The notes below the pieces were generated by a model. It did no database searches. It saw nothing but the letters and a program-made list of their open reading frames with translations, and was not told the origin of the DNA. The translations under genes were made by a program, and so were the position numbers. A stretch of DNA of 64,000 bases from Podarcis tiliguerta (lineage: Eukaryota): the NCBI GenBank assembly GCA_965153285.1, contig OZ229115.1; one strand, 5' to 3'. Positions 1 to 13,789 of this stretch are shown piece after piece; positions within the stretch are counted from its first letter, which is position 1, and every line of letters begins with the position of its first letter.

Positions 1-104
1 ACTAGCCCAAGGTCACCCAGCAGCTGCATGTGGAGGAGCGGAGACACGAACCTGGTCCCCCAGATTACAAGTCTATCGCTCTTAACCACTACACCACACT
101 GGCT
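1..104 (-). mobile_element. tRNA-derived SINE 5' part (Squam3-like), cut by window edge
   Basis: Reverse complement reads AGCCAGTGTGGTGTAGTGGTTAAGAGC...GGTTCGTGTCTCC...GGGTGACCTTGGGCTAGT, with Pol III A- and B-boxes. Family name is from recall. Confidence 0.75.
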
Positions 105-419
105 TTTCACACTTAATAAAAGCTTAGGTATGACTTGGTTCCCATTGAAACAAATGCAATTTAAGTACAGCTTTGTCTTCTGTCTTTCTGCTTTTATTGC
201 TTAAGAGTTTTATTTAACAGTCAAACTTTTTTTAAAAAAAGTATTCAGATTGTCTTATAAGAATTTATCTACATGATAATGTGAAATGGTGATTTAAATT
301 AAGCATTGATGAACTCAGTTGGTAGCAACTGGTGTGGGTTCTAATAAATTATTCTCACCTTGAATGAGGAGACTTAAGAGACTGGAAGCAGTACGGCAAC
401 AGTTCTGCCTAAACACAAT

Positions 420-930
420 AGGCAGACAGTTCAAAAGCATAGGTGGCTCCTCAAGTATGTGAATGAACAGTATATGACACGTGTAGAAGTGCATATTCCA
501 CAGATCAAAGTGGTCAAGTAGGCATGTATGAGACAAGGTGACCCTTCATGTAAACGCTTCCTAAGCCGTTAAGGGCTTTACATGTTAATAGTAAAACTTT
601 GAACTTGGTCAAGTAGCAAAACGGCTGCCAATGCAGAACTTTGACCAGAGATGCAATATGCTTGATAGGATCTCACTCCTATCCGTGCAGAATGGTGCAG
701 CATCATTATGTAAAGCAGTTTCTGGACCAACCACAGTGGAAGTTCAGTGTTGAGTAATCTAATTTTGAAGTTACCTGTGCCTGGGCGACTGTGATCAAGC
801 TATCCCAGAAGCAGTCACAGTTGATGTACTAGCCTAAGCTGGTAAAAGGCTGTCCCAGCCCTCAAGGCCACCTGGGTCTTCAGTGACAAAGTTGGTTTCA
901 AGAGCACTCCCAGACTGCAAACTTGCTTCT
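420..930 (-). mobile_element. Decayed L2-like LINE ORF2 3' fragment
   Basis: Shares motifs with 13790-14150 (AAGCCGTTAAGGGCTTTA...ACTTTGAACT.G). Resembles antisense squamate L2 as I recall it. Boundaries approximate. Confidence 0.5.
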
Positions 931-2499
931 TCACATCTGATTTCTGAAACCAGGACCGTACAAGTCAAGGTTATTACTAGTAGTTATAATTTATGGTAAA
1001 GTCAGTTGTCCTCCTGGATCCAGGTGATGTTTCAAAAACAAAACAAACTCTGTATTTGAATGTACGTCCCATGGAGACAAAATCCTATTGCCATAAAGAA
1101 TGGCCCCAGGATTGCTGCCAATTTTGGTACAGTGACAAAATGTCACAGAATATATATTCTAGGAATTTAGTATTTAATTGAAGGACATTTTAAAAAAGAC
1201 CTATAATAAATATGGTAAAATATGCTATGTGCATGAAAATAAACATTTAAATATCCTGACATACTTTTACCACTGTACATCCCACATCACATAGTGTAGC
1301 CAAGACAACCTTCGTGTTGAAAACTTTGTGTGAATTTGAGAGCTAAAAGGATTATTGTCAAAGTAACTGTAAAATCTAGGCCTTTTGAAACCATCTTGAT
1401 TCTTTCAGAGACAGTCTCATCGGCTTTATTTGAAGGATAATGCCTTTCACTGCCATTTTCTGGGTGGTCTGCACACCACTTAAAATCATATGGGTTAAAT
1501 TATACAATGGGTTTTAGAAGAAGGGGGTGGTGGTGGTGAGGTTTCTGGTAAAGCCTCCAATATATGTTGCTTACACCACGGCCCTAGATGCATACATTAA
1601 CTCTTAACAATATATAAATAAATGTCTAAACATTCTAAGTATTGTGACGAATACTTAGCTGTCAGAGAAGATAGATGAGGCCCCTATAGAGTATAACTAC
1701 CATGGATAAAAGCTCAGGATTGAAAAGAGCAAGAGAGTAAGTGAGCACTTCTGTTTTAATAATAACTTGGCTCTTTAGTGCTAATGAATCATGAGTACTG
1801 GAGGTTTATGTGTAGGGTAATATATACAAATGGATCGTATTAAAACAAATGCAGACAAATTGTAAGCAAACCTAATCCTCCATCAGCCATTCCTCTTATT
1901 GTTCATTAACTTCTTAACTGACACTTTAAAAGCATTTATTGCCAGTTTGTCAGCCGAGAGAATGTTTCTGGTAGGTTACTGATTTCATAATCATGTTTTT
2001 ATAATGTAGAAAACGTAACAATTTTCTGCAACTCAAACACGTGAAAAAATACAACTGTGGCTTAAAAAAAAAAAAATGATTACTATGTTAAATTTTAATA
2101 CTGTTTACTAAAACCTTAGACTTTATTCTTTAAAATTCAGAGTTGTCTGTCATTTGGAAGGGTATTTCCATCGAAGTCCTTCCCCCCCTTTAATAGTAGG
2201 GAGCAAAGTCAGTATTGTGGGAGTGATTTAAGGAATAATGATGGGCTTACCCAGTAATAGAAAGATTCTCTGAGAAATCATGTTTCTGCTGCCTAGAGAA
2301 TATAATACAAAGCTTGAGAGATGGGGGAAAGAGTATTATTGGCAACATATATAAAATAAGTAATTATGAAACATTTTGTTATGATATATGATATGATGAG
2401 GTGCGAAGGACTTGAAGTCAGGAAAGTTAATTCTGCTTTTCAAAATATACAGCAGCAGCAGAACTATGTAATTAATATCCACTCTCCGACAGCCTTCAT

Positions 2500-2670
2500 G
2501 AAAATAACCTTGATTTATTCTACTCCAGCTAAGACTCTTTTCATATTACCGTACTTCCAGTTCCTCTCTGCTTCTGCATCAGACCTTGATATGCTAGGGA
2601 TGCTTTCTTCTCTGACAGTATTCCCACTTGGCTTCTGGTGATTTCAACATCCATGTTGATAAACTCTCTG
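2500..2670 (+). mobile_element. Decayed LINE (L2/CR1 clade) AP-endonuclease fragment
   Basis: 2637-2660 translates GDFNIHVD, the conserved APE catalytic motif. The flanking sequence is frameshifted. Confidence 0.5.
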
Positions 2671-3931
2671 AAACAATGTAAGGGGTCTTAAAAATGGAAC
2701 CCTAGGCTCTAATACTTTGCCTTCTGTACCCCCAAGGCAGCATGTCTCCTGAAGGAATGACAGTCTGAATTGTGCTATCCAAATGTGGAGCATCGACAAC
2801 ATTTACAAGCCTCTGGTTAGATGACTCAGGGAGACTGCAGCTCCACCTTGTCCTATAAATCTTCAGCTCTGGAGACAGTTTTTCAATCTGTGTAGCATCT
2901 CACAGCAATAAGGCCCTGCTCACCACACTTACCCCACACTGCCTGTGGAATGTGACTGTTTACTTCCCTCAAGATGCGCTGCTTTCTTCTAACATTTGGC
3001 TCATAAGCTGTTGCCTCTGGAACTGCACTTTTTCACTTGTCCTAGAGATTGCGCTGCTTGCTTCTAGCCCCATCACACTAATGGCTTTCTCACTCCTGAC
3101 CTTTGGGGATCTGAACTTTTTACAACTTGCATTCCTGCTGCTCGGTGGACCCTGACATAAAGTTGTCTTCTGTCCCCAGCTGCTCCCTTTCACTTCCACT
3201 GTTGGAGCAAATACTCCTCTCAGTGGCATGGACATTGTCTTGCTCTTGCTTCCTCTAAGAATTGCTCCTCAAAGAATCTCTCACTGTTGCTGCGGAATTT
3301 ATCCTGACAATCACCTTTTCAGTATTTCCATTATATCTGCTGTCCCCAAATCTATTGGGGTTCCTTGAGGTTTTCGCCTTGGTTGTCTTCTAGTCTTTCT
3401 TTACCCACAGCTTTGAGTGCCATCTATTTGCTGATCATTTTAATCACTTCCGAGGTGACTGTTTAAAGATTCTTAAGCCAGCCTAGGACCTAGGTCAGCC
3501 TCCTGCCCTTTACACATTATCCACTATTGGGAGTTAGCTGGCATTGGTCTGTGAACTCCTTTCTTGCTACGTAACAGGTGACTTTCAACCCAAAACTTAT
3601 TTCTGCTGTTCCGTATGGACTAGTAGCAGGTCCCTCGCCTTTGAGCAAGGCTTTGTGGATGGCAAGAACTTCCTTTCAACTACAAAAAGGTCAACAAAGG
3701 ATAGTTAAAGAAACCAAGATAGTTCAGGAAAAGAAGGCACATTATTGGCACATTAAAAAGAGACATACAAGCATTCTAATTAATTACTATTAAAAGGGAA
3801 TCAAAGCTACTATCTTAAAGCATACAAGGGAATAGTGACTTCACATGTAATTATATAGAACAAAAAAAAACCAACAACGATTCAAGATGGCGGCACGGCA
3901 GGGAGCTGCATAAAGAGACTCAGCGTTGCTC

Positions 3932-3955
3932 CTTCCACTTCCACTTCCACTTCCA
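3932..3955 (+). repeat. (CTTCCA)4 tandem repeat
   Basis: Direct reading. Confidence 0.9.
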
Positions 3956-4767
3956 GGTCACCACGATGCACGAGTGCAGGGTCGCGCATCAGTTGAACAC
4001 ATATAAATCGGTCATTGCCTGTAGTTTCAGATGGCCTTCGTTTGGTTTAAGCTGCAGAGGAAATAGTGTCTCTTTGGTGCAAAGTTATTCTGTAGGACGT
4101 TGCTAAATGTGCAGCCCCATTAAAAAAAACCAACATACACAAGTTCATCTGTTTGCTGAAGATTTGCTAGGATATGCAGGGAGAGATAACTGAGAGGGGC
4201 AACCTCTTTGATACATATTTCAGAAGTAGCTCTTAGTAATTTTACATGCAGCAACTTGTATAAGTCTGCTTGTGAGAAGGGTCAGGAAGTGTCACTGTTG
4301 TATAAACAAGCCACCAGTGCAGGCTTAACTGTAGCTCTAAGGAAGGTGTTAGCATTGTATCATATGGAAAGAAACAGCTGATAGATAGCAGGCATTCCCA
4401 TAGATCTCCTGTTTGTAATTCAACCTGTCATCAGATAGGGGATGAGGCTGCTTCCTAAATCCAACTATGAGTTAAGAGATGATATCAGATACAGCTTGGC
4501 AATGGAACATACAAAATAGTTTCTGGAGAGGATATAATAAAATTTCTGTGATTGTAGCAAACTCCCTAGTTTGAATTATACAGGACAATGGCTAGCAGTA
4601 TCAAGCCACTTAGGAGGCTATGGGTGACAATAGAGGATATGTTCATTAGAGTTTTGTGAATGACAAACCAGGACTATAGATTGGAAGGGTCTGTTTGTCT
4701 CTTGTTGTGCTAAATTCTTTGCAGCTCTCCAAAGGCTGCTGTTTGAAATTAACAAATTAACAAAAGA

Positions 4768-4794
4768 ATTATTATTATTATTATTATTATTATT
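4768..4794 (+). repeat. (ATT)9 microsatellite
   Basis: Direct reading. Confidence 0.9.
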
Positions 4795-7528
4795 GGAATC
4801 ATGCAGTTTTAACTCCTGCTACATCAAGTGTCATTATATAAGTGTTGGCTTAATTTATGCATGTTTTGAATACAGTTTTATAGCATACAAATTTTACAGC
4901 TGGCATCAATAAAGCATGCTCTGAAGCATTTTTTAATTCTCAACCAGTGAGGAGGCAAGGAGTGGGGTGGAGGAGAGAACATCAGAGAGAGTTTAGCATT
5001 AAAAGGAGCTTTTAAAGCTCAAGGGGTATATGCAAATGAGTAAGCTGTCTCTGAGGAAATGGAGAGATTCACTGATGTTACGAACAAATATTGTCAATAG
5101 GACCAGCAGCATTTGATGTGCTTTTTACACATGGGTATAAATATGCAAACAGGTGTTATCCATGTATGCTTAGTAACCAAACTCTGGCTCCCAGATCCCA
5201 TTGTTAGTGCAAGGGATAACAGCCATCTTGGCAGGAATGTGCCATGACTTAATGTTTTGGGAGCAAGAAGGGGAAGGGGAAGAATAGAGGAGAGAGTAGG
5301 GATGGGAAAGCACTTTTCTTTGTTGGGCCATATCAAAAGATGGCCACCCCTCTGCTAATCCCTCGTGCCCATTTTAAGGGGTACACAAGGAGTTCAGGGC
5401 TCTGAATGCAGTGTTGCACCTGTCATGTGCTGTATCTTCTGCTTGAATCATATAAACTAGAGTAATGTGTTGCAGTGGGCTATTAAGTTTATTGTTTGGT
5501 TTATTCTAATAAAGGCTGCATGATTTGTATTGTCAGGAGGGCTAATGGATTTATCTTGCATGTATGCCAAGTTGGTGCTATCAGCCAGATCTACTAATAT
5601 ATATGACAATTTTCCTACTGAGAAAAACTGATTCTGCAGCTTCGGTATTTTCCAATAAAATGTGGAGGATGGAATTCTTTATATTTCATAGTGTAAAGGG
5701 GAAAAACTCACCCAAAAGCAATTGGTTTGTGGAGGGGGAAACAGAGAAACCTCCTCAGCATTACCTCCTCACTGACAATTGAGACCAATTTAATGGTGTT
5801 AGACTCATAGCTTAGTTGGGACTATTAGCAGTCCTCTGGTGTGTTAGTAATAAATCATTCTACAATGCCAATTAGGTATAATTCTACAAGTCATTTCATT
5901 TGAACAACATTCTGTTAAAAACTATGTTCCTTGGAGACCTGTAATTGAGCTGTAGTATTTGATGGAAACAATTGAGGCAAAGTCACTTCTCTTATCAGTG
6001 TAGGCCTCATTATTCATGTAAGGAAGTAAATCATGATGAAATGACCTGTTATTAATAGTTAGGAAGGACATTTGTCAGTCTCGGAGACTAATGAACAGGC
6101 CAATTATGTATTTCAGGAATCCATACACAAATTGAGTTGTGTTTTCAGGTTGTTCCTTTAGGTGGAATATGGTGTGTGTAAGTAAGGGGTGATTGAGGGT
6201 GTTGAAAGGCAGCCAGTTAGACATTACTAATTAAAGAACTTTATCTGCCTCCGAAGGCAAGAATGCATTAAAATATGATATTGAACATTTTGCTGTGAGC
6301 TGTAAATTGTTAAAAGATTATTCTCTTTCTTGATTTAGGCTGCAAGCTGGAGGTAGCTTCTTGAAAGAATTATGAAGAAAACTTGAAATATGCCCTCTCT
6401 CACATACACATGTATACACAAATATAGATATATAATTATACACGCACACACAACCACGCACACACAATATCTTGGGATTTCTGATTCCTGTTTTTAACAG
6501 GTTGCTTACAGATGTGGCTCCATGTAAAACAGGATGTGTAAAAGGAAGCCAGTTAAAGAAGAGGCACATCCTGTTTTAGGGGTAAAGAGCTACTGTTTCC
6601 GTTTTGGCACAACAGCAGCTATTCCACTTATGCAGATGATGCTACTCTATGTGTCCCCTTACTGCAAATTAGCATAGGGGAATAGTTCTCTGGTTCATAG
6701 CACTGATTGCCGAGAAAAACACTATCTGGAGCATAAGCTGAGAGTCAAGCATGATAATAGAATTGTATTCAGCGTATTGCAAAACTACATTTACATATGG
6801 GTTTTCAATATGTATAGTAAAGACATATTGAGAACATTTATGCACACATCTGGTTTGGGGGCCCCTAGAATGTAACACTTACTATACTTCTAAACCGTTT
6901 CATCCCAGGTAATATGGCACTAGAATTGTGTGTAGGTTTTCAGCAAATCTCTAACATGCATCCTTCAAGTGACCATAACATATAGGTCTTCTAGATCAGT
7001 TTTTTCATTGTGGATGAGTGCATTTTTGGGGCTCCGTAAACATGCCTGTGGAAAATTTCAATTTTATTACCACCATGACAAAAGGATATCTTATCAGCCT
7101 AAATTTACAATACTACTAGAATACAATAGGGTAGTTTAACTACTGCTTTGTTCTGGCACATATATGGTGTTGGCGGTCAGATGAGAGCCATGCCACCCTC
7201 ATGTACTACATTGGCCAAAATCAGTTAACCAGTTGTATATGTATTAATTGGAAGTTTAGTTTCTTTGATATCAGTACAATTTATTATCAGGATGTTTGAT
7301 TTTGATTAGTTTGATCTGGTTTTAGAGTTAAAGCTGAATTGAAAAATGTGCAGGTGCCCCCTCAGAAATGAAAACACAATGCGGTGCAAAAAAAAAAAAA
7401 AAAAGCATATTAAATGCTCTGTAGCAGATTGAGTTCCTGTAGCAGAAGCCAACACAATAACTCTTGGTAGCACGGGGGAGCTTCCCTCCTTCTCTTCCTG
7501 CTGTGCTTCCACCATATTCACTCTGGAG

Positions 7529-7664
7529 CCGGCATAGGCAAACTCGGCCCTCCAGATGTTTTTGGCCTACAATTCCTATGATCCCTAGCTAACAGGGCCA
7601 GTGGTCAGGGATGATGGGAATTGTAGTCCCAAAACATCTGGAGGGCAGACTTTGCCTATGCCTG
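7529..7664. mobile_element. hAT-type MITE (136 bp, near-palindromic)
   Basis: TIRs C(C)GGCATAGGCAAA...TTTGCCTATGCCTG; perfect 8-bp TSD CTCTGGAG at 7521-7528 and 7665-7672. Confidence 0.9.
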
Positions 7665-8068
7665 CTCTGGAGTGTGAGGAGAACCCCCAGGACAATGGGA
7701 GAGGGGAGGAGATGAGGCTCCTTCCATCAGGGAAGCAGAAATATTTGTGTTAATGGAGAAATATCGTTAACACAACACTGAATATTCCCGCCCGCCCCCC
7801 GCCCCCACATACGTGTCGTCCCAGATTATGTCATCTTTTTCATAAATTAGCATTTGTCTTTAAACTGTTCATATTAACACTAGCTGTTCATAATAGCAAA
7901 ATAAAGAAGCATTTCTTCATGGTAAATATTGCGGGTGGGATCTTGGGTATGTTTCTTTCTTTTAGGCATTTCTCTTTGGGCATTTCATAACAAGTATACA
8001 GTATATATGCACACCCAAAAGCAACTTTGATTGACTGATTATTTATTTATTTTTAAAAAATTGTTTAG

Positions 8069-8217
8069 CTTGCAAAAAAGATCCGGGAAAAATTTAACCG
8101 GTACTTGGATGTGGTAAATCGGAACAAGCATGTAGTGGAAGCTTCATACACTGCTCATCTGACATCACCTCTGACTGCAATTCAAGACTGCTGCACCATT
8201 CCGCCGTCTATGATGGA
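8069..8217 (+). CDS. CACHD1: CACHD1 exon 3 (149 nt)
   Basis: tttag|CTT...ATG GA|gtaagt; LAKKIREKFNRYLDVVNRNKHVVEASYTAHLTSPLTAIQDCCTIPPSMM(E). Confidence 0.95.
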
Positions 8218-9939
8218 GTAAGTATTCAAAAGGATCCCAACTGAGAGTTGCCTTATTAATTGGAATAAGCCCATTCGTCTGGGGACATCTTGACCTGGTC
8301 TTGGGGCAGGGCCCATGTGAGAGAGGCTTGGTGGAGCAGACGGTCTGAAATGGTTTCAAGTTGAACGCTGATCCCATGGGAATTATGGACATCAGGTTGT
8401 TCCGTGAAGGCAGTGTCAGTGAAACCTTTTCACTCCATGGAGTGCATTCCTTTCTTCACAGCCTTCCAGTGTTGTGCAGAGTTAGAAGCAAAAAGTGGGT
8501 GGACTGTTACCTTCGCACAGTAGGCCTGTTTCTATAGACTCATGTGCTTCTCTGTCCTCCATCTGTGAAAGCAATAAGCATTATCAGTGTTCATGGACAT
8601 AATTCTACCCAGGCAGAAGCATGCAAAGAGGATATAGAGAAGGAGGCTCTAAGTCTGGCCTTGAATTTGCCCTGTTTTTTGTTTGTGGCCTAGTTTAAAT
8701 GGTACATGTTGAATGATGTACTTGCATTATCAGGTCAGCTTTTAGCCAGTACATGAAAGTATAAGTATTTTCAGCCTAGTGCTTTGGTTTGGGAACATGG
8801 TGCTATTGAGTTTTGTTAGTGTGCTGTTAGAAACAGAAAAAGTTTGTTGTAGTAAGGCATTACAGAAGGAAAATTGGCTAACGTTTCAGAGTTCAAAATT
8901 GATTTATAAATATGAAAGACTTGTTTGGAAAACATGATTAATGCTGCTTTTAAAAAATATCGCCGGCCTGAAAGTTGAAAAGGCTGCACATTTTTGGACT
9001 GTATATAAAGTGCTTTGGTTGGCTGATCAATATTAATTAACAGACATAAAAGCCTCTAAACAGATAATAAAAATGCATTACAGTATATGAAACAGGATCA
9101 CTTCAGTTACAGAATGCACATAAAATGACCTTTATATTTATTCTCTACCTTTACTAAAGAGAGTTGGCTATGGAAATATTGACCTTTGCTGCAATTGTGT
9201 CTTGCAAATAATTATTGAGAGTCCCAGTGAATATCGGGCAGTGGGAAGCAGGTTTACTAAAAACAGATGGCTTTTATATGGTCTTATAAAAGCATACTTC
9301 TGTTTAATAGCTCAGGACTTCCTGAATTACACTGATAAGGCATTTGTTGGAATACAGTTACAGATTTAGTGATAAGTACATTAGCTGTGTGTGGCTTTTA
9401 ATTTTTAGAAGAATTAATTTTGTAGTGCAGTTCTGAGCGCATTCTCTGCCCATACCAACCTCACTTTGCCCAGCCTATTTTGAGCCAGGCTAGAAATAGC
9501 AGAGGGCTGTTCCTTATAGGAGTTACTATTTAAGTGTGCTTCCATACAGAGTACACTGGAAGCATTGAAAGGGGCTGTGCATTGATCACTGAATATAGTT
9601 AAGTTGTGAGTGGGCAGCTCACAAATACTGTGGGCACAAGCCATGCGTTCCAAATCAACAAAGGTGTGAAGAAGAAGCTGTTAGCCTTAACCACACTGCA
9701 GCCCTTTCTTTCACATACCACTGGATGAGCAGCTCCAGCACTTCTTCACAAAATCACAAAGAGCAGTGGAAGACTTAACAGAGTTAAGGTTCCATTGTGG
9801 AACCATAAGGACATAAGAAGAGCCTGCTAGATCCTCCTGCACTTAGTAACTGGACTAGAATGATTTCCAGCTGGAAGGAAAGTTGCGTTAAAGAGAGGAT
9901 GTGACACAGGCATGGACAATGGCAAAGTAGGCAGAGATA

Positions 9940-10195
9940 CCGTATTTTTTGCTCTATAAGACTCACTTTTTCCCTCCTAAAAAGTAAGGGGAAATGTGTG
10001 TGCGTCTTATGGAGCGAATGCAGGCTGCGCAGCTATCCCAGAAACCAGAACAGCAAGAGGGATCGCTGCTTTCGCTGCTCAGCGATCCCTCTTGTTGTTC
10101 TGGCTTCTAAGATTCAGAATATTTTTTCCTTGTTTTCCTCCTCCAAAAACTAGGTGCGTCATGGTCTGGTGTGTCTTATAGAGCGAAAAATACGG
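9940..10195. mobile_element. Tc1/mariner (Tc2-like) MITE
   Basis: TIRs CCGTATTTTTTGCTCTATAAGAC...GTCTTATAGAGCGAAAAATACGG; TA TSD on both sides; internal hairpin CCAGAACAGCAAGAGGGATCGCTG/CAGCGATCCCTCTTGTTGTTCTGG. Confidence 0.88.
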
Positions 10196-11848
10196 TACTT
10201 ATAGAGGGCTGCTTTAGTCAGGTTTAATTATTCTAGCCTGAAGCTGAGTACAGCCAGATTCCAGGAGCCCAGCAATCTATGGTTAATGTTAACTGGTTTG
10301 TCTGAAATCAGTCAACTTCGAACCAAGGGTTATGAAGCTGAGTTATTTCAATAAACCATAGTTAAGGTTAACCACCATTTAGTGTTTGAACAGAAGGCTA
10401 AATTGCAAGTAATCTAAACGAGAAGCAAACTGGAGAGAGGAGGAAACACATAAACCCAAGATTTGCACAGGCAACTTCCATCATGGTTAACAATGATTTA
10501 TCATGTTGACTAAACTCAACGTTATTTGACTCAGTTTTTGTTCTCTGTGCCTTAATTGATTATGCTGGGTTTGTTTGTTTTTTAAATAAATCCTTAAGGG
10601 ACATTTTCTTTATTCCAGTACACTGAGAGAAATTCTTATCACTGTAACATATTACTTGACAAGTCTACCTTGGATTCATGAGTGTAATATTTACATGGGT
10701 AAACCAACAGATCTATTTTTGAAGATCATTTACTTCATGAATGCGATAATTGCTTCAGAAGTGGTCTGGCTCACCTTTTTAAAATAGCTGCTTAAATATT
10801 TGCTATTGCAGTTCAGCTTTATCACAGCCTTTTCTTCTGTTTACATGCCCTCTCATGGGCTGTTAAGTTGTGAGATAAGGAGATTCCCATTCTGATCTTT
10901 CAAGTTGCTGGTGGAGTTGTATTTTCAAGAATACGAAACTGGATTTGGACTCAGCTTAATGGAATTTCAACAGTGTGCAAAGATGGCTGTAGAGATTTGG
11001 AAGGACTGAGTCTTACAGTTTTGGAGTAAGTGTATTATACAAACAATTTTCTTAAGCACTCATTAGAAATTAGTATTTGATTTGTAGGAATCCCAAGTAT
11101 GGGATAGGCTAGGAAGAATCCTTCTAACACAAGTATTATCAGGGCATACAATGACAAAACTATTATTTCCATCACAAATCGCTGCAGTGAGTTAAATTCT
11201 AGTATAATTAAGTGCTGAGAGAATAAAATAGAACCCCTCCCCATTATCATAAAATTCTGTCCTGAGTTCCTAGTTATTCTCACTATTAAAAAATAAATAA
11301 GCATTTAAGAAGCCTTTGAGATTATACTTAGCACCATTCATGTTAATATAACACCAGATAAACAACATTTGTTTCATCCAGACATATTGGAAAGTCTCCA
11401 GGTTAGTCAAATGGATAATGGTTTACTGTGTTTGCATTCCTTAAAAACAGGTGCATGCTTAAGTGCTTTCAGGATTAGAGCTCCATTATTAGTTCATTAT
11501 AACTATTTTAAAATAAAAGCCATGTTTAATATTTTAGTACTGTACTGCAGTATGCAGATAAAATATTAGTTACAAGAATATGCCTTGCTGTTAAAAAACA
11601 ACAACTAGTTTTAGCATTTTAAATAAAATTGTTAATTTTGAATTAGTTTGTAATGTAGCTGCATTTACCCCAGGGAAAACACCTTTATAGAAATTTAAAC
11701 AAAGAATGGGAAAAAGGACAGGTCTTGTTACAACAACAGATGAGTGTCATTTTTATATACACATTCTCTTTCTTCACCCCCTATTTTCTAAAACTGAAAC
11801 TGCATAGAAGAAGTTGATTTACTTTGTGAATAGAGGCTGAATGCAATC

Positions 11849-12044
11849 NNNNNNNNNNNNNNNNNNNNNNNNNNNNNNNNNNNNNNNNNNNNNNNNNNNN
11901 NNNNNNNNNNNNNNNNNNNNNNNNNNNNNNNNNNNNNNNNNNNNNNNNNNNNNNNNNNNNNNNNNNNNNNNNNNNNNNNNNNNNNNNNNNNNNNNNNNNN
12001 NNNNNNNNNNNNNNNNNNNNNNNNNNNNNNNNNNNNNNNNNNNN
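11849..12044. other. Assembly gap (196 N) in intron 3
   Basis: Run of N. Confidence 0.99.
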
Positions 12045-13087
12045 TCTTGCAAGCTAGGCAGGGAGCGAATTTCTCCATGGGGAAGAGATCAAAGTGGGAG
12101 TCACAGTTCTGTTTTCTCCCTCTGGATGCAGTTTCGATCAGTTGTTCATTAAAGTGAATCCAGAAGGAAGGGTTTTCATGTAGTATAGAAAAAGAAAGGG
12201 GGAAAGAAGAGGGTTGGGTAGTGGGAATGGATGAGACTTTTTCTTGCAGCTGAAGTTAAGAGCACATTTTGATCATTTTTAATTGCAGAAACTATTTTCC
12301 ACCAAAAACCTCCCCCCACCCCACCCCTGGATTGTTTGGGGATTTGTTACAGATACATTTTTTCAAGAGTTTTTATAGAGGACATGTTTTAAAACCTGCT
12401 TAGTTAATCTACATTCTTTTGTTTGAAAAAGATGGAGGGACTAGTTAAACAACTCCCCAGTCCCTATTTAGAGTGCCTATATATATTATTTGTCTGGAGA
12501 TCAAGAGTTCATCTTACATTTTTTGTGATTAGTATCTTAATCATTAGAAACACGTCAGGTTTTACGTTTAAGTGCTGTTACTGTATACATTTTAAGGATG
12601 GTGAAAAATAAAATCATGAAATTGCCAAATTGCCTGAAACAATTATTAGTACCATTAATAACATTAGTTGCTTTTAAATTTTAATGGAGTTGTTGTAAGC
12701 CATGGACACCATGCAGCAACTTCCAACGAGTACATCCTCCATTTTCTTTTATGCGGAAGGTATTTCTGGGCATGCACAATGCGGGGGGAAATCCCTGTAT
12801 TCATCTGGTGCATTTTCATTCTTAAGTTATAGTGGGGGCTCCTCAGTAGGACTTACATCTGAGTAAACAAAGTTAACAAGGTTGTATGAAATGAGACTAA
12901 TTTCCTTAAATTTCCCTTTCCTGTAATTCATATCCCTTCTGATTTTTTTATTTGGAAGGCAGAATGTAATGCAAGATGTTGGGAACAGACCTGGATATGT
13001 TTAGACTTGAGCAGAAATGAGCTAGTTTGGATGGTTTCTGCTAACTTAGGTACTGTGTAAAATTTATAGAAGGATTAGCATCAAGGC

Positions 13088-13352
13088 CAGGGGTCGGCAA
13101 GGTTTTCCTCGCCTGGGCCGGTTCATTCCAGAGGAGATCCCTCCGTGGGCCAGATTGCGTGCGCGTGCCCACAATTTCCGGCGTCAGCGCATGTGCAGAC
13201 GCGATTACCGGCACAGCGGAAGTGAGGCCCCGCACCACATTGCGCCGGTTTAGCGCAGCGCACAGGGACTCGGTTCGGGGGCGGCTCGTGAGCTGGTTAA
13301 ACAACCTCTGTGGGCTGCTTGTGGGCCGTGGGCCTTAGGTTGCCTACCCCTG
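13088..13352. mobile_element. hAT (Charlie-like) non-autonomous element
   Basis: TIRs CAGGGGTCGGCAA...TTGCCTACCCCTG; perfect 8-bp TSD ATCAAGGC at 13080-13087 and 13353-13360; CpG-rich interior. Confidence 0.9.
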
Positions 13353-13370
13353 ATCAAGGCTGTGCAAAGT

Positions 13371-13471
13371 CAGGAGTGCTCTGATGGTGTTTCCTGCTTG
13401 GCAGGGGGTTGGACTCGATGGCCCTTGTGGTCTCTTCCAACTCTATGATTCTATGATTCTATGATTCTATG
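13371..13471 (+). mobile_element. CR1 LINE 3' end (heavily 5'-truncated)
   Basis: GGGGGTTGGACTCGATGGCC...TTCCAACTCTATG followed by the (ATTCTATG)n tail typical of CR1; AAAGT on both flanks. Confidence 0.85.
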
Positions 13472-13597
13472 AAAGTTGCTAACAGGCCTAAAGCAGTGCC
13501 ATAGCTACCGGGTTTTTTTTGTCTTGGGTGAACTTGGCTAGCTAGGTGTTTTGCCCTGGGTGAAGCCTCCAGAGGGGTGCTGTTGCAGCTTCCAGAT

Positions 13598-13674
13598 TGT
13601 GTGTGTGTCCATGTGCGTCTGTGTGTGTCTGTCTGTGTGTGTCCTGTGTGTGTGTCCGTGTCCGTGTGTGCGCG
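13598..13674 (+). repeat. Imperfect (TG)n tract
   Basis: Direct reading; source of the low-complexity THTHT/CVCV ORFs. Confidence 0.85.
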
Positions 13675-13789
13675 CAAATGCACATGGAGGATGCCAAACT
13701 GGGTCTTTGGCCCCAGGTGAAATAAAGCCTAGTTTCACCCCTGCCAAAAGATATGTAATAAAGGTGAAAGGTAAACCTCCCTTGTGGAG

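Noticed and set aside
1-104. tRNA gene (A/B boxes here and at 26078 and 19673)
   Set aside because: The boxes run into SINE body sequence, with no cloverleaf or terminator; these are SINE heads.
11788-12152. ORFs spanning the first N gap, and a possible hidden exon
   Set aside because: The ORFs are artefacts of the N run. Exons 3 and 4 join in phase with continuous protein, so no coding exon is missing here.
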